Assembly (NCBI GenBank): GCA_040387855.1
Contig: JAZKCY010000001.1
Coordinates: 910,922 to 974,921 of the forward strand
Source of the DNA: Patescibacteria group bacterium
GTDB lineage: Bacteria > Patescibacteriota > Minisyncoccia > Phycocordibacterales > JAKAEA01
Direction of reading: 5' to 3'
DNA: 64,000 bases
Below are positions 1 through 9,806 of this stretch, one piece after another; the stretch's first letter is position 1, and every line of letters starts with the position of its first letter. The position numbers and the translations under genes were made by a program. Under the pieces are notes generated by a model. The model worked only from the letters and a program-made list of their open reading frames with translations. It was not told the origin of the DNA and did not search any database.

Positions 1-124
1 TTCCAGAACCTACTTCGCGCACTTTCTTTGCATGTTCTTCTACCGACGAGGCACTTCGAGAATACAAAGCCTGCATCATTGCCATATCTTCGGGACTAAA
101 CTCGTCGTAGATGAATGTTTTCAT
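1..124 (-). CDS. thyX: FAD-dependent thymidylate synthase (ThyX-like), N-terminal fragment cut by the window edge
   Basis: Manual translation from ATG at 124 gives MKTFIYDEFSPEDMAMMQALYSRSASSVEEHAKKVREVGSG. The ALYSRS motif resembles long ThyX proteins, and the gene lies directly downstream of dcd. Confidence 0.6.
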   Translation of the reverse strand, partial: MKTFIYDEFSPEDMAMMQALYSRSASSVEEHAKKVREVGSG

Positions 125-133
125 GGGTATTTA

Positions 134-1246
134 TTATTTTTGCTTAAAGTGTTTTGCCAATTTTGGACCTGTCTGTTTAATATAATTTGAATTGTATGCG
201 TCGTATGGTAGGTCTGGATTTTCAGTGATTTTTTCAAACTTTATCTTACCAATTGGTTGACCCTGACGCACAATTAAATCCTCAAAGGGTCGTACCTCAA
301 GCGTAAGCGGACGGCCCTTACCTTCACCTTCCATTCCCCACCCCCATCCTGGGTCAATAAAACCTGCGTAGTGTGAACGGAATTCTCCAGAGCGTTCATC
401 CATAGGCACCATTTCACATGCGAGTTCTGGAGGCACACGAATAGCTTCGTGAGTTGAAAGAATATAGAAAGCATTCTTTTTTAAGTACACATAATTACCT
501 TTCTTTTTTATAGGCTTGAAGAATTTCTTGTAATCATAAAAGTTTATCTTTTCGAGATCTACGACATTGTCTGAAACCACACCTTCATAGCCAAGAATTT
601 CTCCAGCAAGATCCAGAGTAAGAATAACAGAACTATCCTGATCACGTACTTTTAGATCCGAATATTCATACGGAGTATTATCTCGTTGTCGCCATAAAAG
701 CTTGTACTTTTTCATTGCAATCTCAAGCTCGGCATCATTCAAGCGTTTGTCTTCATTGAAAAATCGCAGTTGGTTTAAACTCACACCTTCATATAATTTA
801 ATAGGAAATGTTTTTGGCACAATCGAAATCCAGAGTTCACCTTTCCATCCAGGATTTACTGAATCGTATCGTGAGACGCCGTCAGCAATCAGACGAACAT
901 GGGCATCAATTCGTCCCGAAGTAGATTTTGGGTTGCAGAAACCGTAGACAGATTCAGGGAGCTCCATCGTTTCATTAAGACGGATCATATACATGCAATC
1001 TCGCTCTAGAGGTTTGGTGAGAGAATGTTTTTTCTTCTTGATGATATCCAAAACTTGTCGAACGGTTTCATTTTTCTTTGGTTGAAAAATCCCCTCGACG
1101 CTATAAATTTCATCTGAAATAGAAAGATCCAATGACGATGGTCGGACATTGGCTTCCTTAGCTCCTTTAATAAATCCGGCACTTATTAGTTCTAAAATAG
1201 ACTGACTAGGTAATGCTCCCTTTTTCTCTGAATTTCTGCTGTTCAT
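134..1246 (-). CDS. dcd: dCTP deaminase (long, duplicated dUTPase-fold type)
   Basis: Motifs PSSLDL, NPKSTSGRID, HYAGFIDPGWG and LTLEVRP; 370 aa. Confidence 0.88.
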   Translation of the reverse strand: MNSRNSEKKGALPSQSILELISAGFIKGAKEANVRPSSLDLSISDEIYSVEGIFQPKKNETVRQVLDIIKKKKHSLTKPLERDCMYMIRLNETMELPESVYGFCNPKSTSGRIDAHVRLIADGVSRYDSVNPGWKGELWISIVPKTFPIKLYEGVSLNQLRFFNEDKRLNDAELEIAMKKYKLLWRQRDNTPYEYSDLKVRDQDSSVILTLDLAGEILGYEGVVSDNVVDLEKINFYDYKKFFKPIKKKGNYVYLKKNAFYILSTHEAIRVPPELACEMVPMDERSGEFRSHYAGFIDPGWGWGMEGEGKGRPLTLEVRPFEDLIVRQGQPIGKIKFEKITENPDLPYDAYNSNYIKQTGPKLAKHFKQK

Positions 1247-1309
1247 GTAGCTTAATGATACGTCCTCTTAATGAAAATGCAAAGCTAGGCAAGTGATCAA
1301 TTTATATGC

Positions 1310-1336
1310 ATAAAAAAACCCGACGCATGCTGGGCA
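1310..1336 (-). terminator. Intrinsic terminator of the GC-rich gene
   Basis: Imperfect hairpin CCCAGC-ATGC-GTCGGG followed by a T run on the minus strand. Confidence 0.55.
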
Positions 1337-1337
1337 A

Positions 1338-1766
1338 TTACGTCAGGATATGGCGAGCCTTAAGATCTCTCACTGTCTCGTCGAGTAGCCTCGGGACATC
1401 CGTAAGGAGATCGGTGTAGCGCTTGAACCACACATTCTCCTCGTCGGGATCCTGGATGGCCCGAGTGACGAGTAGTTCGTCCTGCGCGACGATGAGCACT
1501 GGCGTCTTGTGTCGGCCGATGGCCAAGCCAATCTCGATGCCAAGGCCGGTTGAAGCGAAGTCGCCCACAGCAAGCAGGATTTTGCAGTTGGCAACGCACA
1601 CCTTCATGTCCTGAACCCAAACGTCGTGGCATGTGCCCTTCGTCATGTCGAGGAATTCGAGCACCTCGTAGCCGCGTTCCCGCAACAACGACTTAAGAGC
1701 AGTGATGCTGTCCCGGTAGGCCTGGGATGCAAACGTGAGTGCACAACCAACATAAACAGTCGTCAT
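1338..1766 (-). CDS. Nucleoside 2-deoxyribosyltransferase-like protein, GC-rich singleton
   Basis: Motifs VYVGCAL, D..CV..C.ILLA and STGLGIEIGLA. Start reassigned to ATG 1766 with SD GAGGA at 1774-1778. Confidence 0.65.
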   Translation of the reverse strand: MTTVYVGCALTFASQAYRDSITALKSLLRERGYEVLEFLDMTKGTCHDVWVQDMKVCVANCKILLAVGDFASTGLGIEIGLAIGRHKTPVLIVAQDELLVTRAIQDPDEENVWFKRYTDLLTDVPRLLDETVRDLKARHILT

Positions 1767-1880
1767 AAAACAATCCTCAAAAAGGTTACCCCCTGCCGCC
1801 ACTGTATCAGAAAAAAATTTCTCTGCAATGAAAATTATTATGCACAGGGCAAATAATGCATGAGTTGATATACTATTAAT

Positions 1881-3233
1881 ATGAAAAAGTTTCTACCCTA
1901 CGCAACACTTATTATATTTTTAGTAATTATTTCATCATTAGGTCAGTGGGCATTTGGTTACGCACCGTCACTCATTCACGATATCGATCTTCAACTGTTG
2001 GTATTAGGAGGAGTTCTTTTTATTGGATACTACATAAACCGGATTGCGCCACATACTGCAATTCCTTCTTTTGTATGGGCAATCTTTGCTGGTATGGCAA
2101 TGCAACCAATGCTCGCTACCTATACAAGCGAACTTAATAGCGTAAAAATCTTAATGGAAGTTTTTGCTGCTATTATCCTCTTTTCTGGAGGACTTGATAT
2201 TCCGTTTAAGAACTTTAAAAAATGGTTCTTCCCTATTGCATCTCTCTCATTAGTTGGAGTGATCTTATCATCTGTCTTTTTTGCAGTTGCATTAAGCTAC
2301 ATTGCGAGCTGGTTTGGACTTCTCACACCTGAATTACTACCATCTATAGTTATATTAAGTGCAGCGCTTGCATCTACCGATCCTACAGCAATTATTCCAA
2401 CCCTTGCTACGCTCCGATTTAAGCGAAGCTATATCAAACAAATTGCAATTTCAGAAAGTGCTCTTACTGACGTGAGTGGAAGTATTCTCACACGATTCCT
2501 ACTTTTAGCCATGCTTGGTGCAGCTGCAAGCACACATACTGGTTTGTTTAGCTATTTCACCCCACTCATTAATAAGACTACCTATGATGCTCTTGCACTT
2601 CAGATCCTCACCGGGATAATTGTTGGTTATATTGGCTTTATGCTCATCAAGCGCTTCTATTCAGAAAATGGGACTCATTCAACTGGCCACAAAGAAGCCG
2701 ATCCAGCACTTCTAGTCTCAGTGCCAATATTTACTTTTGTACTTGGAAACGTATTGGGAGGTGCAGGATTCCTTGCTGCATTTATGGCTGGACTCTTTTC
2801 TGATATTGGCCTTGGATTGCGTCAGGCATCAAGATTTACAGAAAGTCTTTTGAATCACCTCATCAAACCATTTATTTTCATAATGCTTGGTGCATTAGTG
2901 CCAGTAGCAACATTGCTTGATCTAGCACCAATTGGAATCCTTTCAGCATTCGTATTTATGTTTGTCATTCGTCCGCTCGTTGTATTTATTTCCCTATTAC
3001 CTTGGATCAAACAGTTTACGTTCTCAGATTTACTTTTCCTAAGTTTTATTCGAGAGACTGGAATTATCGCAGCTATTCTTCTCATCATTGCCGCAACATT
3101 CAGTATCATCACTTCACAGTTTGTTATCGCGATTGGTATGTGGGTAATTCTCCTTACACTTGTTATTGAGCCTCCACTCACGCCTTATATTGCTCGGAAA
3201 ATTGGAGTACTATCTGATAGACCTTCTAAATAA
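1881..3233 (+). CDS. Cation:proton antiporter (CPA1/NhaP-like)
   Basis: Multi-pass membrane protein with ASTDP and ESALTD motifs. Leaderless: TATACT lies 6 nt before the ATG. Confidence 0.85.
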   Translation: MKKFLPYATLIIFLVIISSLGQWAFGYAPSLIHDIDLQLLVLGGVLFIGYYINRIAPHTAIPSFVWAIFAGMAMQPMLATYTSELNSVKILMEVFAAIILFSGGLDIPFKNFKKWFFPIASLSLVGVILSSVFFAVALSYIASWFGLLTPELLPSIVILSAALASTDPTAIIPTLATLRFKRSYIKQIAISESALTDVSGSILTRFLLLAMLGAAASTHTGLFSYFTPLINKTTYDALALQILTGIIVGYIGFMLIKRFYSENGTHSTGHKEADPALLVSVPIFTFVLGNVLGGAGFLAAFMAGLFSDIGLGLRQASRFTESLLNHLIKPFIFIMLGALVPVATLLDLAPIGILSAFVFMFVIRPLVVFISLLPWIKQFTFSDLLFLSFIRETGIIAAILLIIAATFSIITSQFVIAIGMWVILLTLVIEPPLTPYIARKIGVLSDRPSK

Positions 3234-3242
3234 TTCCCTACT

Positions 3243-3278
3243 AAAAAACACCCTGAGATTAATCTCAGGGTGTTTTTT
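3243..3278. terminator. Bidirectional terminator, perfect palindrome
   Basis: AAAAAACACCCTGAGATTAATCTCAGGGTGTTTTTT between convergent genes. Confidence 0.85.
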
Positions 3279-3283
3279 AATAG

Positions 3284-3487
3284 TTATGACATGCTTTCAT
3301 CATCATCTCCATCCACACTTCCTCCATCATCATTTGATGAATCATCTGCTGGTGTATCAGTACTTTCATCGGCTTCAAAAGAAGCAGGTCGTAATGTTTG
3401 AATTTCAATGCCATCTAAATCTGAAATTGGTCCAGCATCTACGGGCTGAGCATCATCGTTGTGATTCTGATTTTGGTCGTCGTTCAT
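3284..3487 (-). CDS. Small, highly acidic hypothetical protein
   Basis: 67-aa D/E-rich ORF that fills the gap between two terminators. Confidence 0.5.
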   Translation of the reverse strand: MNDDQNQNHNDDAQPVDAGPISDLDGIEIQTLRPASFEADESTDTPADDSSNDDGGSVDGDDDESMS

Positions 3488-3521
3488 TAGGTTATATCTA
3501 GTTTTTAATAAAATAAGTATA

Positions 3522-3555
3522 CAAAAAATCCCTACGCAATGCGAGGGATTTTTTG
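3522..3555 (-). terminator. Terminator after rplK
   Basis: CAAAAAATCCCT-ACGCAATGCG-AGGGATTTTTTG inverted repeat. Confidence 0.75.
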
Positions 3556-3576
3556 GTTTATGTAATCTAAAAGAGA

Positions 3577-3999
3577 TTATTTAACATCTACGCCCATTGA
3601 TCGAGCTGAACCTTCGATAATCTTCATTGCGGCATTGATATCAGCAGCATTTAGATCAACGAGTTTCTTTTCAGCAATAGTTTTAATTTGAGCTTTTGTG
3701 ATAGTACCAATTTTTGCTGTGTTTGGCTTACCTGATCCCTTTTCCTTTCCAATCGCTTTTAGGATGAGCTGACTTGCAGGCTCAGTCTTATAAAAAAGCT
3801 TGTAGGTTCGGTCATCGTACACTTCAACAACAGTAGGAACAATTTCCCCAACTCGTGCCTTCGTTTCATCGTTGAATCGCTTTACGAATTCACCAATGTT
3901 GATTCCGGCGCCTCCAAGTACTGGACCAAGAGCCTGACCTGGAACGGCCTTACCTCCAGGAATTTGCATCTTTAGAATTTTTGTAACTTTCTTTGCCAT
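3577..3999 (-). CDS. rplK: 50S ribosomal protein L11
   Basis: Motifs LGPVLG..GINIGEF, KGSGKPN and IIEGSARSMG; follows nusG. Confidence 0.97.
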   Translation of the reverse strand: MAKKVTKILKMQIPGGKAVPGQALGPVLGGAGINIGEFVKRFNDETKARVGEIVPTVVEVYDDRTYKLFYKTEPASQLILKAIGKEKGSGKPNTAKIGTITKAQIKTIAEKKLVDLNAADINAAMKIIEGSARSMGVDVK

Positions 4000-4055
4000 C
4001 GAATTATTGTTTAGATATATATTAGTGTGAAGCGTAACAGTGCTAAGACTTTAGC

Positions 4056-4601
4056 TTAAATCTTGCGAATTTGCAAGAAATCTAGCTCTACTGGAGTTTC
4101 TCGGCCGAACATGTTTACAAGCACTTCTACCTTACCTCGTTCCTGATCAACCTTGTTTACCTTACCTTCAAGATCCTTAAATGGACCGTCAGCAATCTGA
4201 ACATGATCTTCTACTTCAAGATCAATGTTGTGCTTAGGTGTATCATTTTCCATTCGTCCCATAAGAGCATCAATTTCATGCTTGTTTATAGGTACAGGAT
4301 ATACTCCAGAACCTACGAATCCAGTTACACGAGGAGTGTTTCGAACTACATACCATGAATCGTCAGTAACGATCATATCTACGAGAATATAACCCGGGTA
4401 TACTTTTTCTTCTTCTTCAATTCGCTTGCCTCCTTTTACCTTAATTTTCTTTTCAGTAGGAACAACAACTTGGAAAATTTTGTTCTCCATTCCAAGAGAT
4501 TCGATTCGCTGTCGAAGATTTCGAGCAACAGCATTTTCGTATCCCGCATAGGTGTGGATCACATACCAATTTCGTCCTTCGTCAATTTTTTGTTTTGACA
4601 T
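4056..4601 (-). CDS. nusG: Transcription termination/antitermination factor NusG
   Basis: Motifs WYVIHTYAGYE, YPGYILV, VRNTPRVTGFVG and the KOW region MFGRETPVELDF. Confidence 0.97.
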   Translation of the reverse strand: MSKQKIDEGRNWYVIHTYAGYENAVARNLRQRIESLGMENKIFQVVVPTEKKIKVKGGKRIEEEEKVYPGYILVDMIVTDDSWYVVRNTPRVTGFVGSGVYPVPINKHEIDALMGRMENDTPKHNIDLEVEDHVQIADGPFKDLEGKVNKVDQERGKVEVLVNMFGRETPVELDFLQIRKI

Positions 4602-4606
4602 GTATA

Positions 4607-4792
4607 TTAAAAGTTATTGATGAGATATTGAAGCCCCATTGAGAAGATATAATCGAAAAATCCAAGAATGATAGCAAGGCCGAGTGAAAGAAGGATAACT
4701 ACAAGGGTGAAAACTGTAGCCTGGCGTCGTGTAGGCCACGTTACATGCTTTAATTCCCCTCGTGTTTCTCTGATGTAGCTAAATAATGACAT
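4607..4792 (-). CDS. secE: Preprotein translocase subunit SecE
   Basis: ELKHVTWPTR motif plus one TM helix; upstream of nusG. Start at ATG 4792 follows TATAAT. Confidence 0.93.
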   Translation of the reverse strand: MSLFSYIRETRGELKHVTWPTRRQATVFTLVVILLSLGLAIILGFFDYIFSMGLQYLINNF

Positions 4793-4895
4793 AGTGGATT
4801 GATTATATCTCAAATTCCGGTAATTAAAAACCGCCGGGTGGCGATCTTTAATATAATACTCTATTTGATAGTTTTGTCAAGAACCACTTCTTACC

Positions 4896-5699
4896 TTATC
4901 TTATTTCGTAGGTAATAGTTACAACAGTATTTACTTTATTCTCTCCTGCTGGAAGTGATGGCGCTGCACCTCGTGCATCCATTGCCTGATTCATAACCTT
5001 TGATTCGTATGCTGCTGGCATTGGGTATGGCATTCCTGATCCTGATTCAACGAAGCTTGTGATTCGTACAAGTCTTACTCCAAGATCATTTGCGAGAATT
5101 TCAGCCTTTGCTTTTGCATCTTCGATAGCTGCCTTTCGAGCTTCTCGCATGATAGCTTCATCATCGTTGAATGTCATTTGAAGTCCAGAAACATTCTGTA
5201 CTCCTACTTCTCCAATTCCACCCAAGATAGTTCCCGCTTGTGCTGTGTCTTTTACTTTCACGAGCACTGACTGTAATACTTCATATCCAATAAGTACCTG
5301 CTTTCCTGGCGCACAGTATCCAGATACACATGCTGATGCCTGTCGGTATTCGTATTGTGGATTGATGTTATAAGAAGTAGTTTTAATATCTTTTTCTTCT
5401 ATCTTTGCATCCTTCAAGTATGCGAGAGCTTTATTTGTTTTTTCAGTTGCTTTATCCTGAGCAATTTTTGGGGTTGCCCCTGTTTCAATTACCGTAAACG
5501 TAAAACTTGCTACATCAGGTACTGCAGTCATTTCTCCTTCTCCTGTTACGGTGATTTGAGGCTTTGCATCAGCAGAAAGATCATTTTCTTGCCATCCACG
5601 AACAGTACCTACGGTAAGTACTAAAAGGAAAAGTGAGGCTAGCGCTAAAAACACACCACCACCAATCACCAACGGTCTCTGCCATGAATTATTGTTCAT
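4896..5699 (-). CDS. SIMPL (DUF541) domain protein
   Basis: Motifs ITVTGEGE...PD, A..DAKAKAEILA..LGV.L and a final V.ITYEI. Confidence 0.88.
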   Translation of the reverse strand: MNNNSWQRPLVIGGGVFLALASLFLLVLTVGTVRGWQENDLSADAKPQITVTGEGEMTAVPDVASFTFTVIETGATPKIAQDKATEKTNKALAYLKDAKIEEKDIKTTSYNINPQYEYRQASACVSGYCAPGKQVLIGYEVLQSVLVKVKDTAQAGTILGGIGEVGVQNVSGLQMTFNDDEAIMREARKAAIEDAKAKAEILANDLGVRLVRITSFVESGSGMPYPMPAAYESKVMNQAMDARGAAPSLPAGENKVNTVVTITYEIR

Positions 5700-5708
5700 A
5701 AAAATAAA

Positions 5709-6488
5709 TTATTGTTGTTTTACCTCGCTGTTACCTATACTACGCAGCTCAGTGGACTGAGTAACGTAATAATAACCAATAAAAAATATGAGGAGTGTAA
5801 AAATGATGCCAATACGTATATAGTTTTTATTTTGAAATATCGCCTTTTTATGCCCATTTTTATTGCGAAAATAGTGAAATAAACCAATAGAACTTGATAA
5901 GAATGCGACACCTAAAAGCCAGCCAGCAAGAACATCTGTTGGCCAATGAACACCAAGAACAATACGTGAGAGACCAATAAAAATAATGAGTTCAGCTGTA
6001 ACAAGAATCACAAGCACACGCTGCCATGTTGTTTTACATAGGTGGAAAAGCCCGTGACCCACAAACCCATAAAACATTGCAGCAGCAAATGCATGTCCAC
6101 TAGGAAATGCATAGCCACCCTGAGTAATGGCGAGGAAATCTTCAGGTCGTAATCTTCCAAAGGTAATTTTAAATAATCTAATAACACCCTCACCTACCGC
6201 AAGTCCAAACAAAAAGAAAATGATTATTTGAAATTCATGTACGATAAATAAAAGAATCAAAAGGAATATAAAAACAGCAGCGACAACTTCTGGATTTGCT
6301 AAGTAGGTAAAGAAAAGCGCGATTTTAGTGAGCTCGGGTGACGCATGAGAAATAACAGAATTTCGAATTGATTCATCATATGAATGAATAGCTTCTGTCA
6401 CTTCTCCACCACTATTTACGGCAACTGCTATAGCAGCAAAAAGAATGCATGATATGAGGGCACTGTAAAACCATAAACGGATGCGCAT
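5709..6488 (-). CDS. PAP2 family phosphatase (possible undecaprenyl-PP phosphatase)
   Basis: Motifs K..F.R.RP, FPSGHA and SRIVLGVHWPTDVLAG. Confidence 0.9.
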   Translation of the reverse strand: MRIRLWFYSALISCILFAAIAVAVNSGGEVTEAIHSYDESIRNSVISHASPELTKIALFFTYLANPEVVAAVFIFLLILLFIVHEFQIIIFFLFGLAVGEGVIRLFKITFGRLRPEDFLAITQGGYAFPSGHAFAAAMFYGFVGHGLFHLCKTTWQRVLVILVTAELIIFIGLSRIVLGVHWPTDVLAGWLLGVAFLSSSIGLFHYFRNKNGHKKAIFQNKNYIRIGIIFTLLIFFIGYYYVTQSTELRSIGNSEVKQQ

Positions 6489-6514
6489 ATAAGCGCAATT
6501 ATACTATAAAAAAC

Positions 6515-6784
6515 TTATTGTAGCGCTTCAAAAATAGATGCCATATTAGATTTTAATGGATAGAGCATATCTCCAGGTCCACTGAAAGCTGTATATACAA
6601 TCGCTCCCCCAAATATAACAATACTAAAAACTGTAGCTATTACGAAAAAAGAAGTATTCACTAGTGTTCGCTTTTTATTTAATCTAGAGCTTTTTTCCTG
6701 CACTGGATGCTGCTCCATAAATTCTAAGAGTGATGCACGAATTGCTTGTTTTTCATCTTTTTGTAATGAGTACCGTCTATTCAT
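6515..6784 (-). CDS. Small single-TM protein, candidate anti-sigma factor (DUF5667-like PGD.LYPLK motif)
   Basis: Immediately downstream of the ECF sigma gene. Basic N-terminus, one TM helix, then SGPGDMLYPLK. Confidence 0.55.
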   Translation of the reverse strand: MNRRYSLQKDEKQAIRASLLEFMEQHPVQEKSSRLNKKRTLVNTSFFVIATVFSIVIFGGAIVYTAFSGPGDMLYPLKSNMASIFEALQ

Positions 6785-6793
6785 AATTAATAT

Positions 6794-7309
6794 TTAAGGT
6801 GTCGCTAAGTTGAGCATTTCTTGAACCTTTTTGATTCCTCGGTTGATTCGTACAGAGACTGCATTTTCAGATTCACCAAGCATACTTGCAATCTCTTTTG
6901 GAGAATAATCTTTTACATATCTCATGAGAATAACTTCTTTATATTTGTCATCAAGCTTATTGATATGTGAAAGCATTGTATCTACTTCTACATTAAAAAT
7001 AGTTTTTTTATGGTCTTGAACTGGAGCATCAAATCCACTAGCTTCCTGAAGTGCCTCAAGAGATACCACTTTTTTCTTGCGGTATTCATCAATGATCATA
7101 TTATTGGCAACTTTAAAGAGAAAGCCCTTAATATTGTTTACTTCTTTACCTGAAGATAGATATTCCCATGTTCGTGCAAAAGTCTCTTGTACGAGGTCTA
7201 GGGCCAATTCTCGATTGGATACCTTAAAAAAGCAATGTCGAAATAGCTGATCGGCCATTTCGTCATACAGCTTTATGAATTCATTTGTTTTTTCAGCACT
7301 AGGTGTCAC
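6794..7309 (-). CDS. ECF (sigma-70 group 4) sigma factor
   Basis: Region 2 DLVQETF..W...FLFKVANN..ID.YRK and region 4 EIA.MLG.S..AV.VRINRG. Probable GTG start at 7309, behind a TTGACT-16-TAGGGT promoter. Confidence 0.9.
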   Translation of the reverse strand: MTPSAEKTNEFIKLYDEMADQLFRHCFFKVSNRELALDLVQETFARTWEYLSSGKEVNNIKGFLFKVANNMIIDEYRKKKVVSLEALQEASGFDAPVQDHKKTIFNVEVDTMLSHINKLDDKYKEVILMRYVKDYSPKEIASMLGESENAVSVRINRGIKKVQEMLNLATP

Positions 7310-7382
7310 AATATGTATATTTATTGTCTTGGTAGTAAGTGTACACCCTACCACGTCTTTAAGCAAAGTCAACAGTATCCAT

Positions 7383-8252
7383 CTATGCTGACCATCGAGC
7401 AAAAATTCCTGATGGTAATAGCTTTTGTGATGAAGTTTCTTGAATAGTGAGTTCTCCTATCTCAATTTTACCCTTCCACGCTTTCATCAACTCATCCAAA
7501 TTATTCTTATATGCAATAGCTGAGTATCCTGAAGCATATCCGTTTATGATAAAAAACAACGGTTGATCAGATAAGATTTGTTTACATTCTTCAAGCAAAG
7601 GAAGTAAATCATCTTCAATTTTCCAAACTTCTTTATCTGCCCCATGACCAAATGCCGGAGGGTCCATAATAATAGCATCATACTTGTTCCCTCGTTTTAT
7701 TTCTCGATGCACGAAGACTCGTGCATCATCCAAAATCCATCTGATTGGTTTTTCTGAAAGTCCAGAAATCTCTGCATTTTCGCGTGCCCAGGTAAGGGCT
7801 GTTTTTGATCCATCAACATGCACAACTTCTGCTCCTGCTTGTGCAGCAGCAAGTGTTGCTCCCCCTGTATATCCAAAAAGATTTAACACTTTAATAGGAC
7901 GTCCTGCATTTTTTACTTTGTCTTGAATCCAATTCCAATTTGGAACATGTTCAGGAAATAATCCAGTATGTTTGAATGTAGTAGGTCGAATCCAAAACTT
8001 TAATCCAGCTAATTCTATTTCCCAACGTTCTGGAACATCTGAAGATTTTTCCCATCGTGCATTTTCACTCGTGCGCAAAAAGACTGCTTTGGCTTTTTTC
8101 CATTCAGTTTCTGGAAGTGATCGTTTCCACAAAGCTTGAGGATCGGGTCGTGAGACAATGATATCGCCATAGCGTTCAAGCTTTTCGCCTTCACCACTAT
8201 CAAGCAGTTCATAACCAGCTTCAGGTTTAGTTATTTCAATTTTGAAATCCAT
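7383..8252 (-). CDS. Class I SAM-dependent methyltransferase (RlmI/RlmK-like)
   Basis: Motifs YELLDSG.GEKLER, FKHTGLFPE, VLNLFGYTGG and DAIIMDPPAFG. Confidence 0.85.
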   Translation of the reverse strand: MDFKIEITKPEAGYELLDSGEGEKLERYGDIIVSRPDPQALWKRSLPETEWKKAKAVFLRTSENARWEKSSDVPERWEIELAGLKFWIRPTTFKHTGLFPEHVPNWNWIQDKVKNAGRPIKVLNLFGYTGGATLAAAQAGAEVVHVDGSKTALTWARENAEISGLSEKPIRWILDDARVFVHREIKRGNKYDAIIMDPPAFGHGADKEVWKIEDDLLPLLEECKQILSDQPLFFIINGYASGYSAIAYKNNLDELMKAWKGKIEIGELTIQETSSQKLLPSGIFARWSA

Positions 8253-8345
8253 ATATGGCCATACTACTATGTTTACATAAAAAACAAAACAACATTCGTG
8301 CTGAAGGAATGTTGTCTTGTTTAAAGGTTATAACTTTAGTCGCTC

Positions 8346-8549
8346 TTATTGACCTGTCTGTCCTCCTGTGTCGCCTCCTGTTGGGAGATTTACATTAATA
8401 CTTGCTCCTGGATTAGCAGGCGCAGGTGTTCCACGATTCTGAAGATAAGGAAGTCCGAATACTGCTAGTAGAACTACAATCAAGAGTACTACGAGGATTC
8501 CTACAACCACACCTGTTCCAGAACTTTCTCGTTCGATTACAGTTGTCAT
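8346..8549 (-). CDS. Small single-TM hypothetical protein
   Basis: MTTVIERESSGTGVVVGILVV... has a hydrophobic helix; preceded by the ECF-type promoter. Confidence 0.65.
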   Translation of the reverse strand: MTTVIERESSGTGVVVGILVVLLIVVLLAVFGLPYLQNRGTPAPANPGASINVNLPTGGDTGGQTGQ

Positions 8550-8590
8550 AATAATAAGGTAATTAAAATTAAAACGACCTTTACTATACA

Positions 8591-8616
8591 GACGAGCAAA
8601 CCCGCAAAACATTACA
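8591..8616 (-). promoter_or_regulatory. ECF-type promoter TGTAAT-N16-CGTC
   Basis: One of nine copies with identical 16-nt spacing, each upstream of and oriented toward a gene. Confidence 0.7.
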
Positions 8617-8618
8617 CA

Positions 8619-9803
8619 CTACTGTGTTTGAGGGAATTCACCGAGTACAAGTGTAATAATACGCTCCTGACCAGATCGCAAAATTTTAAGACTTATCGTG
8701 TCACCTGGTTTCTTGTTCCGAATAATTGATGATACTGACTTATCAGCTGTGATTTTTGTTCCTTCTATTTCGAGAATTATATCTCCATCTTTTATGCCAG
8801 CTCGTTCTGCAGGTGAATCCTTAACAACCCCAGATTCACTTGCTCTACCACCACTTACTTCTACTCCATTTTCTACAGTACCATAGCGAATTCCCATATA
8901 AGGTCGACTCACTATCCCGCGAGTTCGTACAGAATCAACAGCAGTCTTCACACTATCTGCAGGTAAGGCAAATCCGATATTCTGTGATCCAATAGCTACA
9001 GCAACGTTTACTCCAATTACATTTCCAGCAAGATCAAGTAACGGACCACCAGAGTTTCCTGGATTAATAGCAGCATCCGTTTGAATTACTTCATTTAATT
9101 CTTCAGATACTCCTGCTCCGTTCCCTGCAATGAGTGATCGTGACAATCCAGAGACAACCCCCACAGAAACAGTATTTCTAAATTCACCCAGTGCATTTCC
9201 TATTGCAATTACTGTTTGTCCAAGCTGAATATCTTTTGAAGAAGCAAATGTAAGGTAAGGATAATCCTTGGCAAATTCTGGTTCGATTTTAATAAATGCT
9301 ATATCTTCAACAGGATCTTTTGCAACTACTTTTGCAGGATGTTTTTTACCATCGTTTGTATATACCGTGTATGCAGCATCTTCATCATTGACTACATGTT
9401 GGTTTGTTACGATAAGACCATCGGGAGCAACGAAGAATCCTGATCCCCCACCCACTTGTCGCTCTTCAGTTCCATTCTGCGTATATTCAGGAGTATCGAA
9501 AATATCACCAAACAAATCAAAGAACGGACTTCGCGATCGGTTGTTACTACGTTCAAACACAGGCACATCTTTTGTAATAATAATTGAAACTACTGCAGGG
9601 TTTGTTTTTTCTACAGCTTGAACGACTGAAGTATCAGCACCTTCAGAATGTGAAGCAACCATTGTTCCTTGATTACTACCTAACAGATACAAAGCCACTT
9701 GTGTCTTGTTTGAGAAAACCAAACCTACAGTAAGAGCAACTACTATAATTGCTGTAATTGCACTTGTAGCAATAACTATAAGAATATTTTTCTGATCATG
9801 CAT
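8619..9803 (-). CDS. htrA: HtrA/DegP-type serine protease with one PDZ domain
   Basis: Motifs GGGSGF, TNQHV and IQTDAAINPGNSGGPL, plus PDZ SPAERAGIK.GD; N-terminal TM helix. Confidence 0.92.
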   Translation of the reverse strand: MHDQKNILIVIATSAITAIIVVALTVGLVFSNKTQVALYLLGSNQGTMVASHSEGADTSVVQAVEKTNPAVVSIIITKDVPVFERSNNRSRSPFFDLFGDIFDTPEYTQNGTEERQVGGGSGFFVAPDGLIVTNQHVVNDEDAAYTVYTNDGKKHPAKVVAKDPVEDIAFIKIEPEFAKDYPYLTFASSKDIQLGQTVIAIGNALGEFRNTVSVGVVSGLSRSLIAGNGAGVSEELNEVIQTDAAINPGNSGGPLLDLAGNVIGVNVAVAIGSQNIGFALPADSVKTAVDSVRTRGIVSRPYMGIRYGTVENGVEVSGGRASESGVVKDSPAERAGIKDGDIILEIEGTKITADKSVSSIIRNKKPGDTISLKILRSGQERIITLVLGEFPQTQ

Positions 9804-9806
9804 AGG

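Noticed and set aside
7335-7357. GTAAG...CGTC upstream of the ECF sigma gene as an autoregulatory site
   Set aside because: The spacing is 14 rather than 16 and it is on the wrong strand for the sigma gene.
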